DNA of 64,000 nucleotides, taken from Octopus bimaculoides. Taxonomy: Eukaryota. Numbering within the stretch: the first letter of the stretch is position 1; the number at the start of each line of letters is the position of its first letter. Under the pieces are notes generated by a model that did not search any database, was not told the origin of the DNA, and saw only the letters and a program-made list of their open reading frames with translations. Below, piece after piece: positions 1-11,950 of this stretch. The stretch covers positions 10,781,505 to 10,845,504 of the forward strand of contig NC_068992.1 of the NCBI RefSeq assembly GCF_001194135.2, read 5' to 3'. The position numbers and the translations under genes are program-made.

Positions 1-385
1 TGTGTTCCTCTTTCCTACTTTATTCTTTGAGATCTTCATCTTAAGTTCGGCATTGTGTTTCCTTCTTTGAAAAATCTCTCTCATTTTACCCCACAGCTAT
101 CATTATTCTCTTCGTACATATATATCACCTAACATCTCTGCTGGAGCTATTTTTTTTGCTTTGTTACTTTTTGTCATGTGTTTCTTTCTTTCTTTCTTTC
201 TTTCTTTCTTTTTTGCAAGTGTTTTGTTATTGTTTTGTTTGAATGCTTTTGATGTACAAGAATTTGTCTTTGTTCATTCCTAGGTATTCTATCATCTCAA
301 CTCGCATTGCCACACATCCTTTGTAATTATTCACACCTGAACTATAAGTAAATGTTAGAGATACAATACGTCACTGCTGCAACTG

Positions 386-423
<38 letters not shown>

Positions 424-913
424 GTTGCTACTGTTGCTGCTACAACATTCTGTGCATTAGACAACAGCTGGCATCACTTACTTAACTTTTTGACTTAAAT
501 TCAAAGAATTCTGAAATAAAACAATCCAACAATTAAACTCACAAAAGAATTCCAGTTGAACAATGGTAAAAATGAAACAAAAGAAGTCCACCTGAGGAAG
601 GTGGAAAAAAAAACAAAGAACAAAACAGAACCAGATAAACAAAAATGAAAAAAAAAAAAGATATTGCCAAGGTACAATTCAGTTTTTAGTTGTTTTCCTC
701 TTTTTATTTACAAAAATGATATTTATTTATTTATATTTTTGTTGTTGTTGTTGTTGTTGTCATTCTTGGCATTGATATTTCAGATTCTTTTATTGGAACA
801 AGTACATAGATAAATATTGAAAAGTCTTGATTTCTCTCGGCACACTTCTGCCAAGAAAAGGAAGAAGAAAGGAAAAAAACATGGTAAAATAAACATAAAA
901 TAACAATAATAAT

Positions 914-1128
914 GGTTTCAAAATTTGGTACAAGGCCAGCAATTTCGGGGGAGGGGGATAAATCAGTTACATCGACCCCAGTACCCAACTGGTACCTATT
1001 TTATCAATCCTGATAGGACAAAATGTTAAGTCATCCTTGGCAGAATTTTTTTAACTCAGAATGAAAAGACAGATGAAATGCTTCTAAGTATTTTGTCCAA
1101 CACAGTAACGATTCTGTCCGCTTGCCAC
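914..1128 (-). mobile_element. tRNA-derived SINE, family A (tail type 1), copy 1 of a tandem trio
   Basis: Reverse complement matches the family-A body seen at 23082-23310 (ggcgagctggcagaa head, B-box-like gagttcaaattcc, core ttgcctttcatcctttcggggtcgataaa). The 3' tail is ...ggccttgtaccaaattttgaaacc followed by (ATT)n. Confidence 0.75.
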
Positions 1129-1149
1129 GTTGATAATGATAATTATAAA

Positions 1150-1348
1150 GAATTCAAATTTTGGCATCAGGCCAGCAAGTTTGGTGGGGAGGGGGTTACT
1201 TGATTACATGGATCCCAGTGCTCACCTAGAACTAAATTTATCGAACCTTAAAGGATGAAAGGCAAAATCGACCTCATCAGAATTTGAACTTGGAAACGCC
1301 ACTAAGCATTTTCCCCACCTCAGTAACAATTCTACCAGCATGCAACCT
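1150..1348 (-). mobile_element. SINE family A, copy 2 of tandem trio
   Basis: Same blocks as 914-1128 (ttcaaattttggcatcaggccagcaag ... ggatgaaaggcaaaatcgacc ... gaatttgaact), more diverged. Confidence 0.7.
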
Positions 1349-1365
1349 GCAATAATAATGATAAT

Positions 1366-1580
1366 GGTTTAGACTTTTTGGTACAAGACCAGCAACTTCG
1401 GGGGGAGGGGATAAGTTAATTACATCAACTCCAGCATTCAATCAGTTCTTACTTTATTGACCCTCAAAGGATGGAATGCAAATGTTGACCTTGCCAGATT
1501 TTGAACCTAGAACATAAAGACGGATGAATTATCACTAAGCAGCTTTCTCAGTGTGGTAACAATTCTGCCAGCTCACCACC
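1366..1580 (-). mobile_element. SINE family A, copy 3 of tandem trio
   Basis: Same blocks. The head reads ttctgccagctcaccacc on the + strand and abuts the (TAA)n tract at 1583-1609. Confidence 0.75.
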
Positions 1581-1609
1581 TTATTAATAATAATAATAAT
1601 GATAATAAT

Positions 1610-2160
1610 GAGGGAGAAAATGTGGCTCTGGGACTTCCCCGTACATACCAACAAAACTATAAAAACTAATAAACCGGATATTATTATAAAAGATCAGACA
1701 AAAAAGATGTGTTTATTAATTGACATGAGTATTCCCTGCGATCATGATATAGCAGTGAAAGAATTTGACAAGATCGGTAAATATAAAGACTTGCTAATAG
1801 AAATTGAAAAAATGTGGCACCTCAAGGCGACTATCGTACCAGTGATTATAGGATCTCTAGGAATGATTAAAAACAAGGTACTGAAACCTATTTGAAAATG
1901 ATACCAAGCTTACCATCCNNNNNNNNNNATCTCTAGGAATGATTAAAAACAAGGTACTGAAACCTATTTGAAAATGATACCAAGCTTACCATCCCTACAG
2001 GAAGTGCAAAAAATTGTGTTAACTGGAATGACTCACGTACTGAGAAGAGCATTATCGATGTGAAAACAACATCCATTCATGAATTTATTTAATTATTAAA
2101 TTTTTTACATACATATTTTACCTGTGAATTTGCGTGTGTAAACTGGGACTGCATACAATA
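1610..2160 (+). mobile_element. 5'-truncated non-LTR retrotransposon, R4/Dong-like, C-terminal restriction-like endonuclease domain plus 3' UTR
   Basis: Translation LWDFPVHTNKTIKTNKPDIIIKD..CLLIDMSIPCD..KEFDKIGKYKDL..EIEKMW..IVPVIIGSLG fits the PD-(D/E)xK endonuclease of R4-clade elements. After a frameshift it continues YLKMIPSLPSLQEVQKIVLTGMTHVLRRALSM* (stop at 2061-2063). It starts directly after (TAA)n. The 3' boundary is approximate. Confidence 0.85.
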
Positions 2161-2175
2161 TTATTTAATTATATA

Positions 2176-2307
2176 GTCAAATTCTTCTGTGATCGACTTT
2201 GATTTTCATTCTTCTGGTCTCGAGGAAATAAGTACCACTTGAGCACTGGAGTCAATTTAATTGATTTGGCCCCAAAATCGCTGGCCTTCTGGCAGAATTT
2301 GAAACCT
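2176..2307 (+). mobile_element. 5'-truncated SINE family A with 15-bp target-site duplication
   Basis: Contains the family-A core and tail (gactttgattttcattcttc..aaataagtacc..ctggccttctggcagaatttgaaacc). It is flanked by ttatttaattatata at 2161-2175 and 2308-2322. Confidence 0.75.
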
Positions 2308-4832
2308 TTATTTAATTATATAATGTCATCTAAATTACATGACACACAACCTGTGTTTAGAACTCCATGTGCATTCTTATAAATCAAAAGAGGAAACTAC
2401 AAAGAGAACTCACATTATAGTCCAAGCTTGCTTTCACTGGTCTCCATAGTTTGAAAGATCACAGATGTCTTTTATAGATCCTTAAAAGTTTATTTTTGTG
2501 TGTTACCCCATCACTAAAGATTTGATTATGCAATCTGCTTATAAGGATTTTCCTTATAAACAGCCATTATCATTAATGAAAGACATGTAAAATGATGTAA
2601 CTGACTCATGAATAAACTCTTGTCTTTTTATATATGTGTATGTATATATGTGTGTGTGTGTGTGGGGGGGGTCTGTGTGTGTGCTTATGTTTGGGCTTCT
2701 TTAAAAATCACTGAGCAGTAATGTCGTTCTTAGTCTGCCTGTCAATGCGTCAACTACTGGCTTTGTGCTTTTGGAGATGTTTGGGAAAATAGATCCTTTA
2801 CTTGAAACAGAGGCAAGGATTAGTGACCATAAGTGCCTTTATGGTCATAAACATGATGCTTTGATAATATATTCATCAAATTCATGCTAGCCAGGTAAAA
2901 TGGATGTAAAAGGAATGAATGAAGAAATAAATGGAAGTTTTCTTGGATTTTATATCTACTGAAAAAAAATATGCAAATCGTTTAACATGAAAAGAATAAA
3001 ATTATAAATAAAAAAAACTTGGATGTTTTACAAATTTAAAGGAAATATTTTCCAGAAGTAAAATCACCTCATCAAAGAATTAGCAGCTTTGTTCCTTAGA
3101 GGAACATAGCATAGCTAAGTAGATACATATGTAATTCCTTGTAGAAAGGGCCATAAGCTCAGTCAGGACTTCTCTACTCCTTGTGCAATGATTAATGTAT
3201 CTGCTTTACATTGTTGAACGGTTGATGAAAGAAAAATTGATTTTATCTTACAACATATTTATATACTTCTAGATTGGGGAAATGACTTTACTGTAAAATT
3301 GTTATATAAGCTTCTTGATATAGCTCTCCGGAAATTAAAGGTTTGCTCTTTAGGACCATTTTGGAAATGGGCTATTATCTTCAGAAACAAAGAGTGGTTT
3401 ATTTTTCTTTGATGTATTAATTATTTATCCTAGACAAGACGTCAGACAGTAATCAGTAGTGAGGCTTCTCTTTCACAAACCTACAGCCCGAGTTTGCAGT
3501 ACCAGTCAAGGGCTCCAGTTATTATGGGTCAAATAGCAAAATATGTTTCTGTGGCCAAGGCATGTAGAACTTGAAAGAGAACTGGCTCCCTAGACATGTG
3601 TCATGCAGGCCAACTGATGTGTGGATCATGCTATACTATAATATGAACACCAGTCTCTCTGTCTAAGAGTTAGATAAACCCTGTGTCCCAAGGGAAAGCA
3701 GGAAACTAGCAGAGCGAACTGTAAATAAACTACCAGTAGGCAATGAAACTCTCAGACTTTGGCATGAAGCTCCATTATTGCTAATGTCTGTTGGCAAGAC
3801 ATATGATGAGAGAGAGAGAGAGGAGACTGCATCAATTATATTGACTTCTCATGCTGATACACATATACACACACTCAGAACACATACGCAGACATAAAAA
3901 CATATACACATACATATAGATACATGTATAAATCTGGTTAAGTACTGTATAATTTCCATCTATAAAATTTCCCTTCCAAGCCTTTCATTGACTTGGGAAT
4001 CTGGCAGAAGGATTTGTCCAAATAAAACACTCATAATTGCACAGAAATAAAAAAAAAAGTAAAATAAAATACAATAATTAAAGCAAGATATAAGATATAA
4101 TTAAAATGAATTAAACATAGTAGATTACTGACGATTATGTATCAGGGTCTCCTCGACCTTCAATTAACAATTTCTCAATTTATGTATGAGCGTAGCCAAA
4201 TGCACCAGAAAACATTTTAGTGTTGGAGACTCCAACATCTTTGGTCTATTACCTTTTATGTTGTCATATATTAGTTTTAGTTTTGCTAATAGGCTATATT
4301 TTGCATGCTGTTTATATTCAGAATATAACTGTTCAGCTTATGTTCATTTTATATTTAAGCTAAATTTGCTTTAACACAACTACTGCATGAATGAATTATA
4401 GTGTTTGATCTCTGTAATAACAGTTAATGTTGCGGTTGTTACTACCACTGCTGCCTTCAAAACTACTCATTTGAGTGTCTGGAGTAATTTTTTCCATTAA
4501 TTGTTTACTAAATTGTTCAGTATCCCCTTATTATACATTTATTCATGTATTTTGGTTTTACATTTATATTTTTATTTTAGTTTTCACTGATATTGCAAAG
4601 CTCTCATAGAATAACTATGGTAGCAATTTTGGACGTGAAAAAGTTTTCAAGGTTTGTAAAGCAAATATGTTTTTGTTGCTGTTCTCTACCCCCAGGTAGT
4701 GAGGGCAGGCTTTTCTTAGTTAATTAGAGTTCTTTCTCATAAGTACTTCAAAGAAAACTTTATTTGTTAATACTTGAATAAATTCTAACTTAAAAAAAGA
4801 AGAAAAGTGTTGTCTTGACACTACAAGAGTCA

Positions 4833-4896
<64 letters not shown>

Positions 4897-4995
4897 TTAT
4901 TATTATTATTATCATTATTATTATTATTATCATTATTATTATTATTATTATTTTTGATTATGAGGACGATGATGATGATGATGGTGGTGATGATG
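4833..4995. repeat. Compound trinucleotide microsatellite (AAT)n-(ATT)n-(GAT)n
   Basis: About 20 AAT units (4833-4892), then about 19 ATT/ATC units (4896-4952), then GAT repeats. Confidence 0.95.
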
Positions 4996-5233
4996 GATAC
5001 CCCTCTCTTAACTCTTAATAACAAACTTTTGCTAACTATTGGACTTATTCCACAATTTGTATTTTCTTTGCAAAGCTGTTCCACTTTAAGTTTCCTAATT
5101 TCTGGCTTTATTGTCGGTTCTTCTTATAGATTCTTGGTTTTGCAACCATTGCATTGTGTAGTATATAGCCGTGTATTTGCTTCCAGTACACCTGTATATC
5201 ATGCTGCCATCTATAACAAATACGACTAATGCT

Positions 5234-5575
<342 letters not shown>

Positions 5576-6257
5576 ACACTGTGTATGTATTCAGGAATTT
5601 TTCTGTATTGAGGAAAACTTTGATTACAAAATAAGACAGGAAACTTCGGCTGATGTCTCTCCAACTCTTCTATGTTGCCTCATGACCATTCTACCTTTGT
5701 AATTCAAACCATGGCAGCGCTGACTATAAATATTTTGACTTGCTGCAACATTTCAATACTTTATTTCTCCCTCTAAATCTGAGATTGTTGGAAGTTATTG
5801 TAACTGTTTATTGATCATATAAAATAATAATGCAACAGCATAACAACTCTAACAAACAAGTATGTACATCCTGGGAGCTTCTGGAAAATTCTAGAAACAA
5901 TTTGTATTTTGTTTTTTTCCTTGTTTTTTTTTCTATTTTCGTTGTCATTGTTAAAAGCTGGTGATGACTGAGTTAGTTGATAAGGTGTCTGGATACCAGA
6001 TGTTAAAAAGAAAAAGTTTCTTTGTACATGTTGTCTCAGACAAAACATGAAATTGTGTTTATGAGACACTTATCTCTTTACGTGGCTTTGTCCCTCAAAA
6101 CCTTAAATAAATGCCACATGGTTGAGACAGTTAAATACATAATGGTCAGTGTTCCAAGCTGAATATTTTATTTAAATTGTAAAAAAAAAAAAAGAAAAAA
6201 CAGAAAAGAAAAACGATGTCTTCATGCTACAATAGTCAAATAGAATAAAAAAATAAT

Positions 6258-6620
6258 TCTTTCCATTATTGGCACAGGACCTTATATTTTGGTTGACTTT
6301 GGCTGAATTTGAACTCAGAATGTAAAGATGGATGAAATGCAGCTAAGTATTTTGCCTGGCAAGCTAACGATTGTGCCAGCTCACTGCCTTAACAACAACA
6401 ACAACAACAACAGTAATAATAGTAAAAATGAGTTTCAAATTTTGGTACAATAACAGCAATTTTCAGGAGAGAGGGTTAGTCAGTACCACTGGCCCTAGTA
6501 CGTGACTCCAAAAAGAACAAAATGCATAGCTGGCCTTGGCAAGATTTGAACCAGAACAAATGCCACTAGACATCTTGTCCAATGTATTTACAATTCTGCC
6601 AGCTTGCAGCTTTGCTTAAT
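6258..6620 (-). mobile_element. Two adjacent, internally deleted family-A SINE copies
   Basis: 6258-6390 reads gaatttgaactcagaatgtaaagatgg..ttgtgccagctcactgcc. 6431-6620 reads gtttcaaattttggtacaa..aattctgccagcttgc. They are separated by (AAC)n/(AAT)n. Confidence 0.6.
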
Positions 6621-7730
6621 AATAATTTATGAAGATAATGCTGCTGCTGATGATGATGGTGATGGTGTTGATGATGATGGAAATAACAGATGAATATGAT
6701 GTTGGTGATGAGGAAAAGGAGGGTGAGGATGAGGAAGATGACAATAATTGTCATAAATTAAGAAAACAAATGTAAATAAGATTGCCAAACAAAAATAAAA
6801 AAATCAGAAACCGTGAATTGATAAATTTTCGTTTTTTTTTTTAAACCAATTTCTATCAATATAAGAATATCTTTATTATGTTAACTACTTCATCTATCAT
6901 TGAAAGTCAATTATTCATTAGCGACTTTGTAATTATTGTTATTATTCACATTCTGATTGAAAGTTATTAGCTTTGCATTTTTACCTGATAACCAAATTTA
7001 GTAACATGATAAACTTCACATCTTTTGATTTTCCATATTAGTTAAACATTTGCATTTGAAAATCTTTGCTATGGTTACTTGGCAAGTGATAAATCTAGTT
7101 AATTACAAGTGGAATATCAGTGTTCTGTTTTAGACAGTTTGAAGCAATTATAATACATAGGTTATCTGTAAATTATAATCAAAATATCATAAGAAAAATA
7201 TATAATGATTTGTCGTAACAGACATATTAATATGGCTGTAAATTGGTAAGAACGATTGAATGACAGCATAATTATATAAGATTCTTGATAAAGCTCTCTA
7301 TTGCTTGAAGGTGTAGTCTTAATGTTTTATTTCAGAATGCACTCTTATCTTGAGAAGCACAATTAATATTGTATTGACATATAATATAGTTTTATATATA
7401 TGTGTATGTATGTGTGTTTGTGTGTGTGTGGTGGGGAGTGTATATATCATCACTTATCATCATCATCATCATTTGATGATAAATGATGATGATACACACA
7501 CACACACAATGCGTGCACACACACACACACACACATCTATTGAATAAGACACAGAAAACAGACTACACAACACCTTTACTTGATACGTGGTTTAGCCCCA
7601 AACAGCTGAGTTCTTCTTTACTACATTGGTATGAAGAAGCAGTACCTAGATTTCCCCCTCAAACATGTACCTGTGCCTATTACGTATTGATACCTTGAAC
7701 CCATGCTTTGCAGTCCCTTTATTCGATATA

Positions 7731-7965
7731 CAGGGTTAGTCAAAAATAGCACCCATTTTTCTGGGAAGTCATGCTTTGTTGTTTTCTAGGTTATTACTGA
7801 CAGATTTGAAAGTTATTTAATCTGGATTATGTTTGTTTCGTTTTCTTAACACTATTTGATACCACAACCCATAAAACAAGAATTATGAGTCAAAGGTATC
7901 TCTTGACTGGGGAGTCATGTATATCAACCCTAAAACAGGAATTGGGTGCTATTTTTGACTGTGCT

Positions 7966-7967
<2 letters not shown>
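7731..7967. mobile_element. Tc1/mariner-type MITE (~240 bp)
   Basis: Perfect 18-bp inverted repeat agtcaaaaatagcaccca (7738-7755) / tgggtgctatttttgact (7943-7960). The left end reads TA-cagggtt, a typical mariner terminus. The right terminus is degenerate. Confidence 0.6.
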
Positions 7968-8037
<70 letters not shown>

Positions 8038-8361
8038 TGTGTGTGTGCTTTTATGATTTAGTTTAATCCACCTTCAGAATGAACTACAGGTAAATCAAAC
8101 AATGATGAACTCATTAACTGGATAACGAAAATCCCTGTATGCTGAGTTAGTGGGGGTTGAACACATAATTGTAAGATTGTGGTTTCAATTCCTAAACCAG
8201 GTAATGCACATCTTAAACTACCTCTGACGAGATTCAACTTTCAAATTATTTTTTATTTTATCAATTAATTTTTCTGAAACTAACTACTGTAAGGGATATA
8301 TGTCAATTTTTTAATTAATAAATAATAATTTATTAATTATCTCCCTATTTTCTTATCTTAT

Positions 8362-8392
<31 letters not shown>

Positions 8393-9444
8393 TCGCAATC
8401 ACACACACACACACACACACAAACACATATTTCTTTTTTGCTTTCCATTGCAAATTTTTAAAGTTCAAGTTAGCATTTTTGGTTAAAACATTTCTTTGTA
8501 TTAAGATGAAACATTTCTGTGTTATTTTTTAGTATTATATTGTTATTTTTTAAAATTTTATTTTCTTAACTAAACTCATTATCCAAATATTTTTAAATCA
8601 CAGATAATGTGTTAAAATTAATCTCATATATGTAATTAAAAAACAAGAGTAAAAAACACTTAAAAAACTTTTTAAAACAAAATAATTAATTTCTTTAAAC
8701 TTTGCAATATCTGATAAAGTATTTTCTATTTACAGTCAGAATATTTAAAAAAAAATAAAAGCTAATGAAGAAATTGAGTGCAATATGTAGAAATGGCTCT
8801 GGCTTTTTTTTAAATACTTATGGATTATAATACATTATCAATTTTGCTTAAATTACTATTACATACTATGTTAAATCTCTGAACGAGGTATTACATACTG
8901 TTTTTTAGATATATAAAACACTAAATTTATGATATTAAGTTGTTAACATGTAAACTTGCAGGCAATTGGTCTTTTCACTAAAATTGAAAGTAAATAACTT
9001 CTTGAGTATCTTAATCTAAAAATATAAATTATAAAAGAGCGTCTCTTACTATTTTAGTTTTGAAATTCTAACATTAGCAACAATTTTAAAGTTTTTATTT
9101 CTTCATGTTCTGTACTTTTCCAGGCTTAATTACTGTTTGTTCTGTACTCTTCCAGGTTTAGTACTTTAAAATATTGTAGCACTCTGCAACAACATTTTTC
9201 ATTCTTGTCTACTGTTTTTTTTTTCAGGCAAAACTTCTATTATCATAATTAATTCTGTATACCTTTATATTTTCCATTCTAGTAATACTAAAAATAAAAC
9301 AAAAATGTTTGAGCTTAAAATGAAAAAAAATTTTTAATCAAATATATTAACTTAAATTTTAAAGCTTTCAATAAAAAGCAAAAAAAAAAATTAAAATTGT
9401 AAACAAAAAAGGGCACATAATATTTGATAAACAATTCCAGAAAT

Positions 9445-10055
9445 ATATTTTAAGGAAAGATTTCCTGAACACCTTCAGCTTCATTTTTCTCAGCTTTTCT
9501 TTAGTAGCTAGTCAGATATCTGGTCAGTATCATTCTGTTTTCTCCAATATGCTAACAGTCAACATTTGCCTGCCATATTAAAAGCAGTAAACGATTATGA
9601 TCTTCGATTAATTTCCAAATGATTTTCTTTAAAGCTGATGAAGCCGTTTAACACCTTTTCCATTTCATCTTAATTTGACACTTTCAACAACAATGAAGAA
9701 ATTGAATCTTTTTTCAGCCTTAGGAAAGCCAAATCAACATTTTTTTTTATCACATCTTTTCCTTTCCCACAAATTCTTAAGCAAGTTTGCTACATGAATG
9801 CATTTTAAAATTACCAACCAAATTGTAAAGAGTGAGGTTGGATACTTAACATGGCAAACTGCAAGTAATATACGGTTCTATAATTTTTGGAATTTTTCCT
9901 GGAGAATCTTTGTCATAAAAAGGTCCTTGATCCACCCAGATTTTCATATGAACATGAGGAGCCCCTCTNNNNNNNNNNATTGGATTGTTTTTTTTTTTTT
10001 GTCAAAAACACTTCATTCATTACAGCTTGTAATCAATGATAAATATATCCACTAA
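9445..10055 (-). mobile_element. Decayed Helitron (Helentron/Helitron2-type) Rep HUH-endonuclease domain
   Basis: Minus-strand translation across stops and frameshifts gives, in canonical order, RGAPHVHMKIW (HUH motif, from 9968), ITCSLP, HSCSK, C*FGFP (9739-9722), LLLIWQANVDC*HIGEN (W to N at 9575-9537) and RYLTSY*RKAEK (YxxxY, 9518-9504). Confidence 0.8.
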
Positions 10056-10227
10056 CAGCTGCTGATAGTCTGCAAGGTTTGGTGGGGGTTCACAGTGGGA
10101 TACTGCTCCCACATCTATGGTAGTGCAGCCACTACATATGCACACATTCTGGACTGTGTCCAGAAATGAGGTACTCAGCTGTAGTAAGGTGGCCAAGATG
10201 ACTGGGAATATATACATTGCATATAGG

Positions 10228-10569
10228 GATGTGTGAAGGCTCACGACTCAGTGGTTAGAGTATCAGGCTTAAATTGTGAGGTTTTGAATTTGATTCCTGG
10301 ATTAGGCTGTGTGTTGTGCCCTTAAGCAAGGCACTTTATTTCACATTGCTCCAGTTTACTCAGCAGTAGAAATGAATTGCGATGTCACTGGTGCCAAGCT
10401 GTATTGTTATTTGCCTGTCCCTTGGACAACATCGGTGGTGTGAAGAGGGGATGTATGGGTAGCCGCTGGCCTCTACAAACAACCTTGCTGGGATTTATGC
10501 CTCAGAGGTGAACTTTCTAGGTGCAATCCCATGATCATTTATGACCAAAGGGGGTCTTTACCCTTTACC
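10228..10569 (+). mobile_element. tRNA-derived SINE family E (CORE-like domain) with 8-bp TSD
   Basis: Has an A/B-box-like head (gactcagtggttagag..gaatttgattcc), a CORE-like block gttgtgcccttaagcaaggcactttatttcac and a (tttaccc) tail. TSD catatagg at 10220-10227 and 10570-10577. A second copy lies at 36004-36250. Confidence 0.8.
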
Positions 10570-11732
10570 CATATAGGAGTGCAATGGTGTGTCCAGGGTG
10601 TCTGTATTCTTTCTGTGTTTGGAGGTACATGTCCCACCTAATTTTACTGGATATTGCCTTTCTGCCTCTTGAAATTTGACTAATGATGGTTAGATTCCCT
10701 TCATGCAATCTGTTGAAAATCCAGTCTTCACATGCCTCTTCACATGTGTATATACATACAATATTGGATGTTGACTCTCAGTTTATCTATCCATTGACAG
10801 GATTTGTTTTGCACCTAAAATGGTGTCCAAAAGTCTCCCTCCTCTCCAAGCAGAATCAGTGAGGCTGTCAGTATAGTCATGTTACAGCTATGCAACTTGG
10901 CCACATGTTACCTGCGACATTCATCAGCAACCTAACATTAATAGCAAGCCTTAACTGAAAACTGAATAATCCTTTAAATCTTTTAACATTTCACTTCATA
11001 AGGAAAATAATTCCAGTTACGTACAACTTGTCACATTTTTTTTTTCAGGCTTGCTGTGCCTGAAACTGTAGTAACAGTATTTGTTATATAATAGACAGAC
11101 TGTATTTACACTTATATAAAGCTATTGATATATTGTATTTATACTTATAAAAAGCTATTTTTTAAATATTGAAGTGATTTAGCAATTACACCATAGGAAA
11201 GGCATTTTAGCATTTTACAAAAATTATTATTACATTTCATGTTCAGATATTTCTTGATGTACCAACATTTTCATCCCCCACCCTCTGTATCCTGGTCACT
11301 AACACAACTCTACTGCAATTCAAACACTCCAAGTAATTTTTTGTTGATAAATTTAATAACACATGAAATCCTGAACTAATGTGCAATTCTCTCTATGTTA
11401 CCTTGGGAAGAGAATAGGGTGTGGTTTGAGGGAGATTTAGCTCCCATGATGGGACCCTTGTTTATCTTTACAGCTGAATGCTTTTCTTCCTATTGCAAAC
11501 AACTCAACTGAGAATTAGTTGTAGAATCTAGAGTTTCCAGTCAGGCAAACTGAGACAGCAAATTTATTTTTTATTCTGAATGACTTCCCAACACCTCCTT
11601 TCTATCAAAATGTTAGTCTATGTCATATCACAGAACCCCAACACATAACACTCTCCTCTTTATATATGCATTTATTCCTTAAAGTTAGTTGAGTTATGTA
11701 TGAGATATTACAGAGCAAGTTACAGAGACTGA

Positions 11733-11950
11733 CATCATCATCATCATCATAATCATCGTTTAGCATCTGTTTTCCATGCTAGCATGGGTTAGATGGTTTG
11801 ACTGGAACTGGTGAGCCAGAGAGCAACACCAGGAACCAGTCATCTGTTTTGGCATGGTTTCTATGGCTGAATACCCTTCTTAATGTCAACCATTGTACAG
11901 AGTGTACTGGGTGCCTTTTATTTGTCACTGGCATGGGTACCTTTCATGTG
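11733..11950 (-). mobile_element. RTE-type LINE 3' UTR fragment with (GAT)n tail
   Basis: (cat)n followed by cgtttagcatctgttttccatgctagcatggg..tttctatggctgaatacccttcttaatgtcaacc matches the other RTE 3' ends in the window. Confidence 0.7.

Noticed and set aside
1853-1994. 66-bp direct repeat (1853-1918 and 1929-1994) inside the R4/Dong fragment
   Set aside because: Identical copies sit either side of a 10-N gap, so this is an unmerged contig overlap rather than a biological duplication.
9106-9161. Tandem 24-bp repeat tgttctgtact(t/c)ttccagg resembling twin splice acceptors
   Set aside because: No supportable downstream exon, and such short duplications are common.
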